The notes below the pieces were generated by a model. It did no database searches. It was not told the origin of the DNA and saw only the letters and a list, made by a program, of their open reading frames with translations. This document shows, piece after piece, positions 61,440 to 64,000 of a DNA stretch of 64,000 bases. Position 1 is the stretch's first letter; each line of letters opens with the position of its first letter. This DNA is from Podarcis muralis (lineage: Eukaryota): the NCBI RefSeq assembly GCF_964188315.1, contig NC_135655.1, positions 82,150,001 to 82,214,000 of the forward strand. Direction: 5' to 3'. Both the position numbers and the translations under genes were made by a program.

Positions 61440-61975
61440 CAGTGTTTCCCAAACGTTTTTGGGCAACGGCACACCTGTTTACCGGAAAAAAATCTCGCGG
61501 CACACCACCATTAAAGCCCCGCCCCCGTGACGTCATTCGGGGAGCCGGCGGCCCGGGCCTGAGCTGGAAGGAGAGGCGGTGCTTTTCGGCACAAGGCAAT
61601 CGGCCTGGAATTGTTTCCCGCGCGCTGCGAAAGGGAACAGCTGCGGTCGCGCGAACCCTCCGGCGCTGGGAGGGGAAAGGGCGGAGTCGCAGAGCACCAG
61701 CTGGCCGAGCGGTTGCGCGCAGCGTTGCGCTTTTGGAGAGCGTGCGGCTGCTGCTAGGGGATCCGGGGACGTGAGCAGGCCTGGCCCGACCCGGGTTGAA
61801 GGAGGACAAGCCGGCAGCGCGCCAAGTGAGTTCGGTTGCGCACGACGGCCCCCGCTCCCCCCACCCCCGCCGGATCCTCGCCGCCGCCGCCTCTCGCCCG
61901 CCTCCCTCCCACGGCACACCACCCGATGTCTCACGGCACAGTAGTGTGCCGCGGAACACCGGTTGGGAAACACTG
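61440..61975. mobile_element. hAT (Charlie-like) non-autonomous DNA transposon, 536 bp, CpG-rich
   Basis: TIRs CAGTGTTTCCCAA...TTGGGAAACACTG, perfect 8-bp TSD ATCTAGAG (61432-61439, 61976-61983) fitting the NTCTAGAN preference, and subterminal CGGCACAC repeats. Confidence 0.92.
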
Positions 61976-62266
61976 ATCTAGAGCACTGTGGGAGCTGCTG
62001 TGTTTATCTTGCCAATAAAGAGTTAACTATCAGATGTGCGTCTTCTTTATCTGGGATGGGCCGTGATGTCAGCTATGGGACAGGTAAAAATGCAGCTTCC
62101 TGTTGAAAACAGAATTTGCGGATGCTGCCAACAAGGTGATTGGCAGTGCTTGCAACCCTCCGATCCCTTTCCAACATCGTTTGATTTCATAGCCTGTGGG
62201 CAAAGGATACAGGGTTTGTAGGCACCAGCAAGCAATTGATCAGCAGAATTCTGCAAACTCCTGTTC

Positions 62267-62749
62267 TGTCAGGAACGCTCCTTCCAGGAGCAACAGCGGG
62301 GCTCCGATGACGAAGGGGGGTGGCGGCAGGGAAAAAGAGATAGAGGCTTGCCTTCTTCCCATATGGGGGGTGAGGTGAGTCCCTACAATCCTGGAATGCG
62401 TGTCGTAAACTCCCAAGACAGCGTGAGGCAGGTAGAGGAGCCGCAGATCTCAGACACATTCTCAGGGGAGGAGGGGCAAACTGGGAAAGCGGCTCCATAG
62501 TCTCCTGTTACTAGGAGGAAGGGTAGAGTCCAGGCTTGGCGTCAGGCCAACAGTAGGAGGGGGTAGCCGATGGAGGATAGCCTGTTAGCAGAGTCCACCC
62601 TTCAGTGGGTGCAACTGACTCATTGAGTGCGGAAGACTGAGCTGTGTGCTCGGACTGAAACTATTGTGTAAATACTAAGAAATTAATAGAGTAATAAAGT
62701 CGCCAGCCTACCATCTCTTGGTGTGAGAGGGAGATCATAAACCCTGACA
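62267..62749 (+). mobile_element. Solo LTR (483 bp)
   Basis: TGTCAGG...CCTGACA termini, AATAAA near 62694, and a perfect 5-bp TSD TGTTC (62262-62266, 62750-62754). Confidence 0.85.
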
Positions 62750-64000
62750 TGTTCCTTTGCTTGCATAGTTTAACTGAGGTCTTAGAGAGCTGCAGCCTAG
62801 CATTGAAAAGCCTCCTATCACAAGTCAGCCCCAGCCCCGCAGCCCCAGTAGTGGCACTATGAACGAGGCCTCACCTGCTGGTTGTAGAGTCAACTCAAGA
62901 ACAAAAGGTAGCTACAATGACTGCAGAATTCAGGTCTTCTCTCATACATTAAAGAGGAGGTTCCCACCCCTCTGGGTTTATAAACATAAAACATGCACTT
63001 TTCTGATACCAATGCAGATGAAGTCCATCATTGTTCCTATTGTTGTTAGAACCGTTTTTCTGGGGGAAGGGAGAGTTAGAGTTGTGCAGCCTTTGCCAAC
63101 CTGGTGACCTTTATAAGTTGTTGGACTTTATTGCCTGTCATCCCTGACCAACTGCCACTCTGTCTAGGGCTGATGGAAGCTGTTGTCCAGCAACATATAG
63201 AGGGCACTACTATTGCTCTAGTATTCTATAGCATCTCTCAGTGGCTGCAGTGGATGCATGTGGTGTCCTTACCTCCCAGTCCATCATAAAGGACCTCCTA
63301 GCAGCAATTACTCGAAATAAAAGTAACTGCAGATGAAGCTGAGACCTCTCTCAGCCTCCCATCTGTCCAGCTTCCTCCCACTCTTGCCTGAATCCCTGTG
63401 CTTGCTTGCCACTGTATGACCACAACCAAAATCTTCCTTTCTCCTGATTTCTGCACTATTTTACTCTCCTTCCTAGCTGCCATCTCCTCTGAGGAAGCAT
63501 TTTGGTTTGGATTTGCTTACTGCCCTCTCTCCTGCTCTCTTTCTTCCCCACATAGCTATCATGTCTCTTTATGCAGCTGAGGGTATGGATGGGTAAATCT
63601 GTTAGCTTTGCTTTCTCTCAGTTTCTCATATTTTCCCAATCTCAAGCTGCACACATTTCCACATCCGTTTACGGGGTCGTTGTTTGTTCTTAGGAAAGTT
63701 CCTCAGCATTGCATAGCAAATTTCTCCTAATAAATTTATTCTTGCCCACAATGTTGCCTGATATAAAGTATGCTTTATTTTTATTCCCGTTGATTTATGC
63801 ATTCATATGCACATTTTCCCCTAGTTTGTGAATATTACTTGACTGGGGATGTGCATTGCAAAATTCAGAGAAGTCTGAATTTTGACCGATGGAATTTTAT
63901 TGGTTCACATTGCTCCAGAAAGTGGAAACTAGGTACGTTCACCTTTAAATGTGCACTGAATCACATCTCTCCCTCATCATAGGCTGTGGGAGGTAAGAGT

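Noticed and set aside
61408-61981. Several long overlapping ORFs on both strands
   Set aside because: Expected from the high GC content inside a TIR- and TSD-bounded MITE. No recognisable domains.
60747-62080. Possible solo LTR hosting the hAT element (TGTCCC...GGGACA)
   Set aside because: It has TATA-like and AATAAA motifs, but the candidate ends lack a TSD, so the boundaries are unsupported.
1-64000. CRISPR arrays, rRNA or true tRNA genes, prokaryotic operons
   Set aside because: None seen. The DNA is eukaryotic and the tRNA-like motifs are SINE heads.

Overview
Vertebrate genomic DNA, most likely a squamate (lacertid-like) lizard, inferred from Sauria-type SINEs. The window is a tandem olfactory receptor (OR) cluster of the class II, OR5/8/9-like group. 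It has 8 intact OR ORFs: four type A (2414, 7149, 16531, 25159), three type B (30894, 42254, 52436) and one minus-strand OR5AR1-like gene (60370-59432). It also has the 3' end of a further type A gene at 1-68 and about nine pseudogenes or fragments, several of which are not recognisable as ORs in the ORF track. A and B here are my own labels. The layout points to an ancestral A-B gene pair that was repeatedly duplicated, deleted and gene-converted. Between the genes lie a full-length Ty1/copia LTR retrotransposon (9727-14854, 5-bp TSD, non-canonical TG...GA ends, half-tRNAiMet-type PBS) and a second, LTR-less copia split by a MITE and an L1. There are also L1, L2 and CR1 fragments, three Sauria-type SINEs, TA-flanked Tc1/mariner-type MITEs, hAT MITEs, solo LTRs and microsatellites. 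I found no evidence of a new biochemical system. The best second-look items are the unusual copia ends, an intact-ORF OR whose conserved splice acceptor is mutated, the A-B unit with mosaic paralogs, and several nested insertions that can be ordered in time.
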